Below are positions 1 through 8,961 of a stretch of 32,000 nucleotides of DNA, piece after piece (the first letter of the stretch is position 1; each line of letters begins with the position of its first letter). The stretch comes from Thermofilum adornatum. Lineage in GTDB: Archaea > Thermoproteota > Thermoprotei > Thermofilales > Thermofilaceae. The DNA is taken from positions 840,001 through 872,000 of the forward strand of contig NC_022093.1 in assembly GCF_000446015.1 (NCBI RefSeq), in the 5' to 3' direction. Below the pieces are notes generated by a model. The model worked only from the letters and a program-made list of their open reading frames with translations. It made no database searches and was not told where the DNA came from. Both the position numbers and the translations under genes were made by a program.

Positions 1-1041
1 TCGTGGCTATCAAACAATGGCTACACCTATAAAGCTACGAGCAGACTGATAGAGTTGGCAAAGCAGGACGAGATGAATGGCTCGAGAGAAGCCCTCAAAA
101 CACTTCTCTACGAGAAAATCCAGCAACTCCGGCTGAACCTAGAAATTTTCAGCAAGAAATCTGAGACGCTAACGGAGATTTTCACACTTACCCTTTTAAC
201 GGCACCCATAATGCTCTACTCTTTGGGGATATTTCAGCCGTGGCTCCTCCCACAAATTACAATTGTACTCATGGCTCTTAACATGTTGATCCTCGTGCTT
301 TATAGTAATTTATACCCAAGAGAACTCCGCGTCATGAAGTTGCCGAGAAAAATGTTACCAATTATACTCTACCCAGCACTCGTAACGCCATTAACAAAAA
401 TTCTTTTTCTAGACATACCGCTCGAAAAACTCTTGCTAATCTTTCTGGCAACTTCTTTCCCTGCAAGCATACTAATATATCGGGAAACGAGACAAATAAC
501 AAAGGAACTCCAAGAAAACCTAGAAATCCTCGTAAAGGCCTCATCAAGCCCCTTCCACGTCTTCTCTCATTTAGACCTCAGTCTACTCAAGAAGGACACG
601 AAGACTGAGCTTTCAAAAACTGTCAGAATAGCTGTATACCTTCTTGGACTCTGGGGCTCGGAAAGGACGGGTCTAGCAGAACTCAAAAACATCTACGAAG
701 AAATACTCAAAACACTAAAAGCAATACGTGCCCGTGGAACAATTAGCGCACTAAGCAACCTGGTCTCTCTTTTCCTCCTCGGCTTCAGCTCAAGCCTAAT
801 AACACAGCTACTCTCAACGCTTGCCTCAAGAGACATGCTGGCATCACTAGGAATAATAATAGACCCTGCCCAACTATACACCTGGATAGAGCTCTACCTC
901 ATATATGCCTCTATCGTATATACACTTGGCCTAGCCCTACTATCCCTAGGCTCACCATCCTTCTACCCCCTCTGGTTGCCGCTAAGCATACTCACGACAC
1001 TTGCAGGTCTCATCTCCGGGAAAAAGCTTCTCGGGTGGTAA
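1..1041 (+). CDS. polytopic membrane protein, 5' end off-window (T2SS-F / FlaJ-TadC-like platform protein is only a guess)
   Basis: Frame 1 has no stop between nt 1 and the TTG at 55, so the ORF-track start is artificial and the gene continues upstream. The product alternates a soluble helical stretch (REALKTLLYEKIQQLRLNLEIF) with clusters of hydrophobic helices (LTLLTAPIMLYSLGIF, ITIVLMALNMLILVLY, LLLIFLATSFPASILIY, LGLALLSLG...LSILTTLAGLI). The family guess rests on architecture only. Confidence 0.55.
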   Translation, partial: SWLSNNGYTYKATSRLIELAKQDEMNGSREALKTLLYEKIQQLRLNLEIFSKKSETLTEIFTLTLLTAPIMLYSLGIFQPWLLPQITIVLMALNMLILVLYSNLYPRELRVMKLPRKMLPIILYPALVTPLTKILFLDIPLEKLLLIFLATSFPASILIYRETRQITKELQENLEILVKASSSPFHVFSHLDLSLLKKDTKTELSKTVRIAVYLLGLWGSERTGLAELKNIYEEILKTLKAIRARGTISALSNLVSLFLLGFSSSLITQLLSTLASRDMLASLGIIIDPAQLYTWIELYLIYASIVYTLGLALLSLGSPSFYPLWLPLSILTTLAGLISGKKLLGW

Positions 1042-1044
1042 CCA

Positions 1045-1185
1045 GTGGATAAAACACTATACGGCTTCATAGTTATCCTAGCTCTACTTGTCCTACTATT
1101 ACTATTCATTGAGACAACTGTCACCCGTGAAGCACCAACCATCTACATTAATTCTACCTGTCACCTCGTAATCGCTAAAGGATAG
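1045..1185 (+). CDS. possible 46-aa single-TM micro-protein (GTG start), below the ORF-track cutoff
   Basis: Hand translation gives gtg gat aaa aca ... gga tag = MDKTLYGFIVILALLVLLLLFIETTVTREAPTIYINSTCHLVIAKG. It starts 4 nt after the stop of the upstream membrane protein and has one strong hydrophobic helix. There is no other support. Confidence 0.2.
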   Translation: MDKTLYGFIVILALLVLLLLFIETTVTREAPTIYINSTCHLVIAKG

Positions 1186-1268
1186 CTAGCTATAAAATGG
1201 GTATATCTTTTACAAAATAAACCGAGAAAGAAATATATATCCACGATTTTTTCTACACTGCGGGAAGA

Positions 1269-1496
1269 ATGGTAAAGGGCTACATCTTAGTCACAACCAA
1301 GCCCGGAAAAGAATACGATGTTGCCGAGCAAGTCAAGAAGTTTCCATTCGTGAACGACGTTGACGTCACATATGGCCTATGGGACATAGTTATACGTGTC
1401 CAGCCACCTACACTCTCCGAGCTAGACAAAGTCATATCAATGATAAGGAGTCTAAAAGAAGTAGAGCAGACAGTTACCCTTGTCTCACACGAGTAG
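1269..1496 (+). CDS. stand-alone Lrp/AsnC-type ligand-binding (RAM) domain protein
   Basis: The 75 aa product (MVKGYILVTTKPGKEYDVAEQVKKFPFVNDVDVTYGLWDIVIRV...) matches the beta-alpha-beta-beta-alpha-beta RAM-domain pattern of small archaeal AsnC-C-terminal-only proteins. The A/T-rich element aaatatatat lies ~30 nt upstream of the ATG. Confidence 0.75.
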   Translation: MVKGYILVTTKPGKEYDVAEQVKKFPFVNDVDVTYGLWDIVIRVQPPTLSELDKVISMIRSLKEVEQTVTLVSHE

Positions 1497-1501
1497 CCTA
1501 A

Positions 1502-2647
1502 CTAGATTATCCACTCCTTGTTCGCTATTTTCTCGGGTATATAGACGTTGCTGAGGAACTTGAAGCCGTGGCCCGAAAGAGCCTCTATCTCTATCTTTTC
1601 GCCGCGCTCTATGAAGAGCTGAAGCTCCTCCATCCAGCGTTTTGACTCCTTGAACCACGGGTAGTTCATCAGCTCCTTTGCACGCTTTATGTCGCGCTCA
1701 GTCGCCTTGATAATATAGTTCTTCGGTATCTTGTAGCGCTCAATGTCAGACGTAGAGACGCCTAGAAACCTAGCCTCAGGCGTAGCAAGCCTCTCACTCT
1801 CGTAGCTCAAAGAGATAGACCCGCTCCTATAAACGCTGTAAATATAGTACCCATAGCTGTCAGCGTCCGTCAATATATACACCGGCAAGTCAAACTCCTC
1901 CCAAAGTCGACGAACCATTCTCCTAGTGCTGCGGTCAGGCTGGCCCTTACCCGTCACCAGTATACATTTGTTCTTCTTCCAGAATTCTTCCTCGTTCAAT
2001 CTCTCGAATATAGCGCCCTTTTCCACAACTAGGACATAGTCAGCTTCTACCTTTGTAATTTCTAGCTGGTCAACGTTGCTGGGTATTCCCCAGGCACCGC
2101 TACCCATTCTTGAGAGGTCGATCTCTGTCCCCTTACTCCTTATGATCATGTTTCCGACTATACGTCCCTTTGCGTCATGCATGATTCCCATATGTTCCCT
2201 TAGAAGTCCCGTTGCGACCTCTATGTCCTGGATTACGGCGTTGGATTCCCGTTGGTCGTCCCACGTTTCCTCGCTGACCTTCTTTCCGTATTCATTTACA
2301 TAGTAGATTGTGTGCTTGCCAGTGTAATATAGATCTCTGATTGTTGGGTAGTCGTTTTCTCTGCGAGCCCTGACAATGAGGGAGAGCATGAGGATCGTCT
2401 GCATGAAGCGTTTAGACTCCCCAATGTCGAAGAACTCTCTTTTTGCAGTCTTTGGTCCGAGGACGAGGAGTTTCCTCTTCTTGTCCCAAATTGTATTAGC
2501 GAGGGTTCTGACGGGTATGTCAAGGTAGGGCGGCTTGCCGGACTGTATCTGGTCGTAGATGGACTTGGCGAGCTGTTCCAGCCTTGCTAGGACTTCCTCT
2601 GAACTGGGAGAGATGGGTTTGCCGGCTTGTTGAGTATTCTTAGGCAT
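1502..2647 (-). CDS. top6A: DNA topoisomerase VI subunit A (Spo11-like)
   Basis: The catalytic-Tyr region YPTIRDLYYTG is present, with Toprim elements LVVEKGAIFERL and YILTDADSYGYYI (DxD). It overlaps top6B by 8 nt, the typical operon arrangement. Confidence 0.95.
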   Translation of the reverse strand: MPKNTQQAGKPISPSSEEVLARLEQLAKSIYDQIQSGKPPYLDIPVRTLANTIWDKKRKLLVLGPKTAKREFFDIGESKRFMQTILMLSLIVRARRENDYPTIRDLYYTGKHTIYYVNEYGKKVSEETWDDQRESNAVIQDIEVATGLLREHMGIMHDAKGRIVGNMIIRSKGTEIDLSRMGSGAWGIPSNVDQLEITKVEADYVLVVEKGAIFERLNEEEFWKKNKCILVTGKGQPDRSTRRMVRRLWEEFDLPVYILTDADSYGYYIYSVYRSGSISLSYESERLATPEARFLGVSTSDIERYKIPKNYIIKATERDIKRAKELMNYPWFKESKRWMEELQLFIERGEKIEIEALSGHGFKFLSNVYIPEKIANKEWII

Positions 2648-4175
2648 TCACCGTCACCTCTTTTTTCTCGAGCTCTTTCTTAAGTAGTTCCTCTAGAAGC
2701 GAGGAAATACTGTTTGGGTCCATGTTTAGGACATAGGCAAGGGATGACGAAACCTCCCCCATGTATTTCCTGATCGTTACCTCTTTCCTCTTGACCTCGT
2801 ACATTTTTTCCAGCTTTGATAGGTATATGCGTAGCCTCCTCGCAACGTCTCTAATAGCTATTTCTAGTTCGTGTTCAAGCTCGGGCACGTCTGCGATGGC
2901 CTCCTTGCCGACTCCCTTAAATGGTATCTTCGTGGAGCAGACATGTGTGACGACTGCCACTGGGGCTGGGAATTTTATCTTATAGATGCTCCAGTCTATT
3001 GAGTCGACGATTTTTCGCGATACGTCTACGCCTTCGTCGTATAGGAGGGGCATCTTATTGGCGAATCTAAGCAGGAGCACGTTGTCTTGGGGCGGTATCT
3101 CGCCGCCATACGCTATCGCTGCCTCAACGATAAACGCGTGTCCACCATATGAAGATGGAGGCCTAATCACTGCTGTTGCGAATTCGGGCTTCAGTATGCT
3201 TTTTACTCCCTTTTTGAGGAGTTCGGGTCCCAGGGGCGAAAGGGTAAGTGGTCTCGGCCTGCGCCACTTGGGGAAGTTTTTCATGGCTGTTGCCAGTTTC
3301 TCGAGATCTGCAAGTTTTAGCTCCTTGACCTTTGTGTCAGGCTGGAATCCAGCCCATGTGAGGAATTCTTGGGCTATTTTTTCGCCAACTCCCTCAAAGT
3401 ATTTTTCCAGGAATCCCGCCAGCGTCATGTCATTGTTGTTTGACCGTCTAATCAGGTCTTTTAGTATCTCGATGTCGACTCCTTTCGGGTGGTATTTGCC
3501 TATTTGTGGCGGCTCGGGCAGCTCTTTAGAGACTCTCTCGAAGAGAAGTTCACCGTCTGGAGAGCGGTACCGTATAGTGGCGTATGGAGAGATGAGGGCT
3601 GTACGCCTAATATAGTCCTCTATTCTTTTCTTTGACTGTAGCCATGCCCCCTCGAGGGTCAGCCTAACTATGGTCCCGTGCCAGTTCTTGTTTTTCTTCT
3701 TTATTCTCATCTTCTGGACATGTGGAATATTCCTGCTGATATCTATGTATAGCAAGTATTCTCCAACAACGTCCGAGTCCCTCGTCGAGCTTTTGACATA
3801 TATTGGTTTGCCCGTAGTCATCTGTGCATAGAGTACAGCCATTTTCACGCCTAGCCCAAACACGCCACGCGTCTGTCTGACAACGTACTTGGATCCATAA
3901 AAGACCCTACCAAAGACATTCGGTATCTCGTGCGCTGGAATGCCGATACCGTTGTCGGCGACCCTAAGTGTTACCCATTCTGGTCTGTCTTCGTGAAGCC
4001 GAACCTCAACATCTATATATGGCAAGATGCCGTGGGTCTCGGTTGCATCTAGCGAGTTCTCGACTAGCTCTCGGACGGTTTGGTAGAGAGCCCTAGAGGG
4101 ATTAGAAAAGCCGGCTATCTCCTTGTTTCTGTGGAAAAATTCTGCCGGGGAGAGTCCTCTATATTTTTCGCTCAT
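2640..4175 (-). CDS. top6B: DNA topoisomerase VI subunit B (GHKL ATPase)
   Basis: Bergerat-fold motifs are present: ELVENSLDA (N box), ADNGIGIP (G1 box) and GVFGLGVK (G2-like). The 511 aa length and position directly upstream of top6A fit. Confidence 0.95.
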   Translation of the reverse strand: MSEKYRGLSPAEFFHRNKEIAGFSNPSRALYQTVRELVENSLDATETHGILPYIDVEVRLHEDRPEWVTLRVADNGIGIPAHEIPNVFGRVFYGSKYVVRQTRGVFGLGVKMAVLYAQMTTGKPIYVKSSTRDSDVVGEYLLYIDISRNIPHVQKMRIKKKNKNWHGTIVRLTLEGAWLQSKKRIEDYIRRTALISPYATIRYRSPDGELLFERVSKELPEPPQIGKYHPKGVDIEILKDLIRRSNNNDMTLAGFLEKYFEGVGEKIAQEFLTWAGFQPDTKVKELKLADLEKLATAMKNFPKWRRPRPLTLSPLGPELLKKGVKSILKPEFATAVIRPPSSYGGHAFIVEAAIAYGGEIPPQDNVLLLRFANKMPLLYDEGVDVSRKIVDSIDWSIYKIKFPAPVAVVTHVCSTKIPFKGVGKEAIADVPELEHELEIAIRDVARRLRIYLSKLEKMYEVKRKEVTIRKYMGEVSSSLAYVLNMDPNSISSLLEELLKKELEKKEVTVNA

Positions 4176-4589
4176 ATATAGCCACCCCTCCTTTACATGC
4201 GGGGACGTATATGAGGATACTTGTAGCCTGCATTGCCATATTTAACCATTTAACAAAATAAAATAAACAAATAAATCTAAGTTCTAATTTTTTTAGGTTT
4301 AAAACAAAAAGTAAATCATTTTACAAACATCTACCAGGATTCTTTAAATAATATCTATTTTTTGTGTTTAAAGCCGCTCCAATGTGCTACAGAATTATTC
4401 TAGCAGGGTAGACACGGTACTTGACTTTCTTTTTGCTTTGCCGCCTCTTGTTAAACACGTATATAGATGCTGTTGCCGATAGGGCAACAATACCCTCCAC
4501 GATCATATTACGGGCGTAATACTTTTATCATATTTCCTTTTAAAACAAACCTTTAAAATACAAGGGGCAATTACTGGCTAGAAGCCGAA

Positions 4590-6419
4590 TTGACTGGCAG
4601 AAGCAAGTTTGAAGTCCTAAAGACTCATAGCGCTAGGCTTTGGTGGAGCCTTGAGAACAATTCCCCCTTTATCTCCAAGCCCTCAAGCGGCATGTTTACT
4701 GAGGTAAGACTAACCCCGCCTGGAGACGCTAGGCCTCTTGTAGGCTACTACTACAAGTTTGTATGGGAAATAATAGAGGGGTACTTTTACCCGTCAAAGC
4801 CTCCGCTACCCAAAAGGAAAACTATACTTCTTAACAAGGTCCCCTACCCAGACTACGCAGAAGAAGTGATACTTGACGGACAAGTTGTGGGTCACATTTT
4901 CTATGACCTGAAGCAAAGGAGGTTCAGGTTTAAGCCTCTCTATTTTCTCGTTGAAGAATCGGTCAAGAACAGACACGGCTACTATGCGGTTGTCGACCTC
5001 CCAAGGCTCTCGCGAGGCTTCACCATCAAGGAAGATTCTATTCTTTCATCTAATCTTCCGGCATCAGACAGGGACGAGTACATAATGCTTGGTACAGCGA
5101 ACGGGAGATACTATGGCATAGGCGTGAGGGTGAGATCCAACAGGATCTACACCCTGAAAAGCTGGCTTGCAAAGCCGTCTTCTTGGCTCGACAAAGACCC
5201 ATCTATGCTTGAGGTAGTCAAATTCAATGAAGCGGCTCTTAGAGAGAAAGAAGAAGAAGCAATAAGGTTTATCAGGAGCCTAAAGGAGAAGTACAACCTT
5301 CCAGTCTTTGTGTCCCTTTCAGGCGGGAAAGACAGCCTAGTCACGTTGCACCTTACAGTTAAAGCCCTCGGCCAAGAGAACGTGACAGCTATCTTCAACA
5401 ATACGGGTCTAGAATTCGATGAAACAGTCGAATTTGCAAGAAAAGTTGCCGAGCACTATGGCGTCGATTTCATCGAGGTCGATGCGGGCGACAATTTCTG
5501 GAGAGGGCTAGAAATAATGGGTCCACCGGCCCGCGACTACCGGTGGTGCTGTAAGGTAACAAAGTTCTCGGTTCTAGCCAGGACGCTCAAGTCAGCCTTT
5601 CCAGGGGGAGCAATAAGCTTGGTTGGGCAGAGAAAATATGAGTCAAGTGCCAGGGCCATGTCGCCGCGGATATGGAGAAATGAATGGCTTCCCAGCATAA
5701 TTGCCGCAAGCCCGATACAGGACTGGACTGCTCTAGACATCTGGCTTTACATTTTTCTCGAAAAGCTTCCCGTAAACAAGCTTTACTACGTGGGCTTTGA
5801 CAGGCTAGGCTGTTGGCTGTGCCCCGCAACAGAGCTTGGAGAAATAGAAATAGCAAAAAAGGCCAAGCCAGAGCTTTACAGGAAATGGGAAAACTATCTC
5901 AAGTCCTATGCAGAAAAACATGGTCTACCAAGCGAATGGGTCGATTGTGGTCTCTGGAGGTGGATACAGCCGCCAAAAGACATATTGAAAGAATGTCCAG
6001 CCAGCTACAAGGATCAGCGCGGTGCACAGTACCAAGTAAGCAAGAAAGAAGACAAGTTAGAATTTATACTCCTAGCTAGACCTACAACGAAACTCGTCCC
6101 AGAAAAACTTCTCAACTTGTCCATCTCGAGCCCCACAATAAAGCTAAAGAAAGTCCAAGTCGAAGACAACAAGCTGGTCATTGAGCCAGAGCGTGTGCTT
6201 ACTCCTAGGGACATGGAGACGCTAGAAAGGGTCTTCATGAGGGCCTATTACTGTGCTGGTTGCCTAGAATGTGCATCGAACTGCCCAGTTGGAGCCATCA
6301 GTATCGATGAAAAGAATGGCGGGGTAAAGATAAATAGTGATGCATGTAAACAGTGTTATCTTTGTAATCTCAAGTGCCCGGTCGCTGAATATACGTTGAA
6401 GACGCGCGGACAAAGCTAG
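4590..6419 (+). CDS. PAPS-reductase / PP-loop ATP-pyrophosphatase family protein with N-terminal extension and C-terminal 2x[4Fe-4S] ferredoxin domain
   Basis: The PP-loop SLSGGKDSLVTLHL sits in the middle. A C-terminal CAGCLECASNCPVGA ... CKQCYLCNLKCPV forms a dicluster ferredoxin pattern. The ~230 aa N-terminal region is of unknown type. The TTG start at 4590 is uncertain. Confidence 0.75.
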   Translation: MTGRSKFEVLKTHSARLWWSLENNSPFISKPSSGMFTEVRLTPPGDARPLVGYYYKFVWEIIEGYFYPSKPPLPKRKTILLNKVPYPDYAEEVILDGQVVGHIFYDLKQRRFRFKPLYFLVEESVKNRHGYYAVVDLPRLSRGFTIKEDSILSSNLPASDRDEYIMLGTANGRYYGIGVRVRSNRIYTLKSWLAKPSSWLDKDPSMLEVVKFNEAALREKEEEAIRFIRSLKEKYNLPVFVSLSGGKDSLVTLHLTVKALGQENVTAIFNNTGLEFDETVEFARKVAEHYGVDFIEVDAGDNFWRGLEIMGPPARDYRWCCKVTKFSVLARTLKSAFPGGAISLVGQRKYESSARAMSPRIWRNEWLPSIIAASPIQDWTALDIWLYIFLEKLPVNKLYYVGFDRLGCWLCPATELGEIEIAKKAKPELYRKWENYLKSYAEKHGLPSEWVDCGLWRWIQPPKDILKECPASYKDQRGAQYQVSKKEDKLEFILLARPTTKLVPEKLLNLSISSPTIKLKKVQVEDNKLVIEPERVLTPRDMETLERVFMRAYYCAGCLECASNCPVGAISIDEKNGGVKINSDACKQCYLCNLKCPVAEYTLKTRGQS

Positions 6420-6555
6420 GGGATAGCTGAAGCCTTAACCCCGTCATTATTTCTCATGGGAGGTGTTTTATGCGTGGGAAAATGTTTATAAACATCGTAT
6501 TTCACAAAGACAAAAGGCCTTGAGGTGAATCCATTTGGCATACATACCCAAAACA

Positions 6556-6714
6556 ATGGTGCTAGGGAGATGTGTCAGGTGCGGCAAGAAGATCTACAAA
6601 GGAGACGAGTATTACTACTGCCAGAACTGCGGAATAAGCTACTGCCCGGACTGCACTAGAAAGCTCCAGGGAAAATGTGCAGTGTGCGGGAAGCCACTAG
6701 TGAAAAAGCCATAA
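6556..6714 (+). CDS. 52-aa four-CxxC zinc-ribbon micro-protein (not in ORF track)
   Basis: Hand translation from ATG 6556 to TAA 6712-6714 gives MVLGRCVRCGKKIYKGDEYYYCQNCGISYCPDCTRKLQGKCAVCGKPLVKKP. Four CxxC pairs (CVRC, CQNC, CPDC, CAVC) in 52 residues are unlikely by chance. Confidence 0.5.
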   Translation: MVLGRCVRCGKKIYKGDEYYYCQNCGISYCPDCTRKLQGKCAVCGKPLVKKP

Positions 6715-6776
6715 GGGAACGTATTCTTCTAAGGTTCTTCTTCAATAATATCAAACAAAACCTGCTATGTGACTAG

Positions 6777-7202
6777 CTACATTTTGAAAAGGGAGTATCC
6801 TTTAGACTTTTGCCCCTCAATCTTTCGAACAAAGATCCCCATGACCACCATTTTCCCACTGTTACATTTTGGGCAGACTCCCTTTTCTTGGAATAAAGCA
6901 TCGCCCTCAGCATAGTTTCTCTCTTCCTCATAGCCACAGGTGTCGCATTTTAGGAGAGTGATGAGCTGTGTCGAGGCGGGCCTGATCTTTAATAGTCTTC
7001 CAAGAGACCAAGAAATATACGCTACGAGCATGGCTACTAGCAAGGCGCCAGACATATACTGGTCGTAGTTTGTCGAGAAATAGAGGTATAGTAGGGCTAC
7101 GAGAATAACTATAGAAGCAACAAGGGCAACCACGTAGATTGGTAGCCATTTCTTTTTCAGATTAACTATTGTCTCATCAACGCTAGACGTGTGTATCCCC
7201 AC
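6777..7202 (-). CDS. membrane protein with two TM helices and a C-terminal zinc ribbon
   Basis: TM helices are [24 protein letters not shown] and [19 protein letters not shown]. They are followed by CDTCGYEE...(18)...CPKCNSG. Confidence 0.6.
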   Translation of the reverse strand: MGIHTSSVDETIVNLKKKWLPIYVVALVASIVILVALLYLYFSTNYDQYMSGALLVAMLVAYISWSLGRLLKIRPASTQLITLLKCDTCGYEEERNYAEGDALFQEKGVCPKCNSGKMVVMGIFVRKIEGQKSKGYSLFKM

Positions 7203-7296
7203 TCCACTTGCAGGGGTTCACCTAATTAGTTTTTCTATGCTCACCGCGCGCGAAAAGTTTATTAAAAAAGATAAACGAAAAGCAAAAGGCGTCAAT

Positions 7297-7476
7297 ATGG
7301 CTACCACGATAGCTCTACCCAAATGTACATCTTGCGGGAGGCCAATAGCACCATCCATGAGGGCCACAAGCTTCCGTTGCCCTAACTGTGGAGAGGCCGT
7401 AATATGGAGATGCGAAAAATGCAGAAAACAGGGCAACAGATACGTTTGTCCAAAATGTGGCTTTGAAGGACCATAA
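7297..7476 (+). CDS. small Zn-ribbon RNA-binding protein (COG2888-type, usual neighbour of aEF-1beta)
   Basis: The start is re-set to the internal ATG at 7297 (M37 of the 95-aa track ORF). The product [59 protein letters not shown] has four CxxC pairs. A TATA-like aaagtttattaaaaaag lies ~30-40 nt upstream, and the gene sits directly upstream of EF-1beta. Confidence 0.75.
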   Translation: MATTIALPKCTSCGRPIAPSMRATSFRCPNCGEAVIWRCEKCRKQGNRYVCPKCGFEGP

Positions 7477-7576
7477 ACCATTCTCCACGAATATTTTTTC
7501 TACGTTAGATGTTTAGAGAAAAAACTCTCCAAGCGAAAATATTATTACCCACCAATCTCACCACATCACGGTCAAT

Positions 7577-7852
7577 ATGGCCCGAGTAGCAGTATTAATA
7601 AGAGTGCTACCAGAAGACGCAGAACTGAAACCCGAAGAGCTAAAAAACAGAATAGCCGAAAAGCTACCGCAAAAATACCAAATAGCCCAATACCAGGCCG
7701 AACCCATAGCATTCGGCCTCGAGGCACTACGCATGGTAATCTTCATGCCAGAAGAAACCGAGGGAGGCACAGAGGAACTCGAAACAATAATACAGTCAGT
7801 GCCAGGGGTAAGCCAACTAGACGTCCTAAACGTAACCAGACTACAAGAATAA
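7577..7852 (+). CDS. ef1b: translation elongation factor 1-beta (aEF-1beta)
   Basis: The 91 aa product (MARVAVLIRVLPEDAE...AEPIAFGLEALRMVIFMPEETEGGTEELE) has the typical length and sequence pattern of archaeal EF-1beta. Confidence 0.9.
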   Translation: MARVAVLIRVLPEDAELKPEELKNRIAEKLPQKYQIAQYQAEPIAFGLEALRMVIFMPEETEGGTEELETIIQSVPGVSQLDVLNVTRLQE

Positions 7853-8086
7853 AGTTTCCCGGTTTTTATGGGTCATACAAATGCCTTCTCCTCACCCCTC
7901 AGAGCAACTCTGAACAATCATCCCCATATTTACACTCTATTTACTACTTTTAAACGCTTATTTTCCCTCCTCGATACAGAATTTTCCGTATGACAAAAAT
8001 AATACAAAGACTTTTCATTCGACAAACCCCAACATAAACAAACATACCCTTGATAAAAACCCACAAAGCAAAAATAAACGAAGTAT

Positions 8087-8683
8087 ATGAGAGGGCTACT
8101 TCTAAGCGAAATAAACGACAAGAAAATCCTCGAAAAAGTAGTAGGAAAACAACTCTACAACAGGAAAGGGGAAAACATAGGCATAATTTGGAAAATCTAC
8201 ATCTCCAAAAAAGACAAGCACCCACTCAAAGTTGTCATAAAGACGCATGGAAACCAAAAAATAACAACGTCCCCCGAGAGGATCAGGATCGAAAAGGGAA
8301 AAATATATCTACTAGACCAGACACACGAAGCGGCACGCGCCATAATAGACAGGCTATCAGAAATAGTAGCCGAACTCAGGAACCTGCGAGACACACTCCT
8401 CCTCCTCGACGAAAAATACATCTCCAGCGAAATCACGCCAGAAGAATACCAGTCAAAGCGGGGCAACATAGAAAGAAAAAGACTCCAGCTACGTATAGAA
8501 GCAACCACACTCCTAGAAACACTAAACCACCTCATCGAGCAAGACAACTTCCTAGACAAAGAAGAAGAAACAAAAATCTACGAAATCATCGACGCATTAA
8601 CACTAACATTCCCCACAATACACCTAAAAGAACTAGAAAAAATATTCACAAACAAAACACAAGCTACACAAATAGAAACCTAG
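8087..8683 (+). CDS. PRC-barrel-like N-terminal domain + long coiled-coil protein (CdvA-like architecture)
   Basis: The N-terminus VVGKQLYNRKGENIGIIWKIYISKKDKHPLKVVIKTHGNQKITTSPERIRIEKGKIYLLD fits the PRC-barrel pattern. The remainder is heptad-like and helical (AARAIIDRLSEIVAELRNLRDTLLLLDEKY..., RKRLQLRIEATTLLETLNHLIEQ). No cdvB or vps4 lies nearby. Confidence 0.6.
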   Translation: MRGLLLSEINDKKILEKVVGKQLYNRKGENIGIIWKIYISKKDKHPLKVVIKTHGNQKITTSPERIRIEKGKIYLLDQTHEAARAIIDRLSEIVAELRNLRDTLLLLDEKYISSEITPEEYQSKRGNIERKRLQLRIEATTLLETLNHLIEQDNFLDKEEETKIYEIIDALTLTFPTIHLKELEKIFTNKTQATQIET

Positions 8684-8685
8684 CA

Positions 8686-8762
8686 TGGCGGGCCCGCCGG
8701 GACTTGAACCCGGGACCAACGGCTCCGCAGGCCGCCACGCTTCCTAGCTACGCCACGGGCCC
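8686..8762 (-). tRNA. tRNA-Arg (anticodon GCG), CCA encoded, no intron
   Basis: The minus strand reads GGGCCCG TG GCGT AGCTAGGAA GCGT G GCGGC CTGCGGA GCCGT TGGTC CCGGG TTCAAGT CCCGG CGGGCCC G CCA. This gives a perfect 7-bp acceptor stem, a canonical T-loop, U33 and G37. Confidence 0.9.
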
Positions 8763-8788
8763 AACGAATCAAAAGAACTTTGCCTGTG

Positions 8789-8804
8789 TTTAAATTTTTT
8801 GGGG
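8789..8804 (-). promoter_or_regulatory. BRE/TATA promoter of tRNA-Arg
   Basis: The minus strand reads CCCCAAAAAATTTAAA, 27-42 nt upstream of tRNA position 1. The same block occurs upstream of the second tRNA at 10983-11000. Confidence 0.5.
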
Positions 8805-8961
8805 TGGGTCTTCCGCGGGGTCAAGTAGCCTTAAAGCTGTTTATTGCATTTTTGTGTTGCTTTTTCGACTGCCCTGTGACATTCTGGGCAGTTTTTCTAA
8901 GAATCTTAGTGTGTACTTTTACCGATATATATATATATGGGTTTGCTGATTATATATTTGT

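Noticed and set aside
2986-3615. A 209-aa plus-strand ORF antisense to top6B, plus other antisense ORFs at 2076-2303, 2761-2985 and 5147-6238
   Set aside because: They lie entirely within well-supported genes on the opposite strand or in alternative frames. Their composition is Ser/Arg/Leu-rich and they carry no motifs.
4176-4589. A 414-nt A/T-rich divergent intergenic region as a possible replication origin; also a 39-aa minus-strand ORF (4387-4506) and the hairpin TGTTGCC-GATA-GGCAACA
   Set aside because: No repeated ORB or mini-ORB-like elements are present and no cdc6/orc1 gene is nearby. The A/T-rich runs are adequately explained by two divergent promoters. The 39-aa ORF has no supporting signal.
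7860-8000. Possible C/D box sRNA in the 230-nt gap after EF-1beta (minus strand GGGGATGATTGTTCAGAGTTGCTCTGAGGGG)
   Set aside because: The C-box is imperfect (ATGATT rather than RTGATGA). No complete C/D'/C'/D arrangement or terminal stem could be found.
8050-8793. A 247-aa ORF overlapping the 198-aa PRC-barrel/coiled-coil gene and running through tRNA-Arg
   Set aside because: The product is low-complexity K/R/N/T/P-rich text (KRQENPRKSSRKTT..., RRRNKNLRNHRR). It is produced by the extreme A-richness of the strand, and it reads straight across a tRNA gene. It is a shadow ORF.
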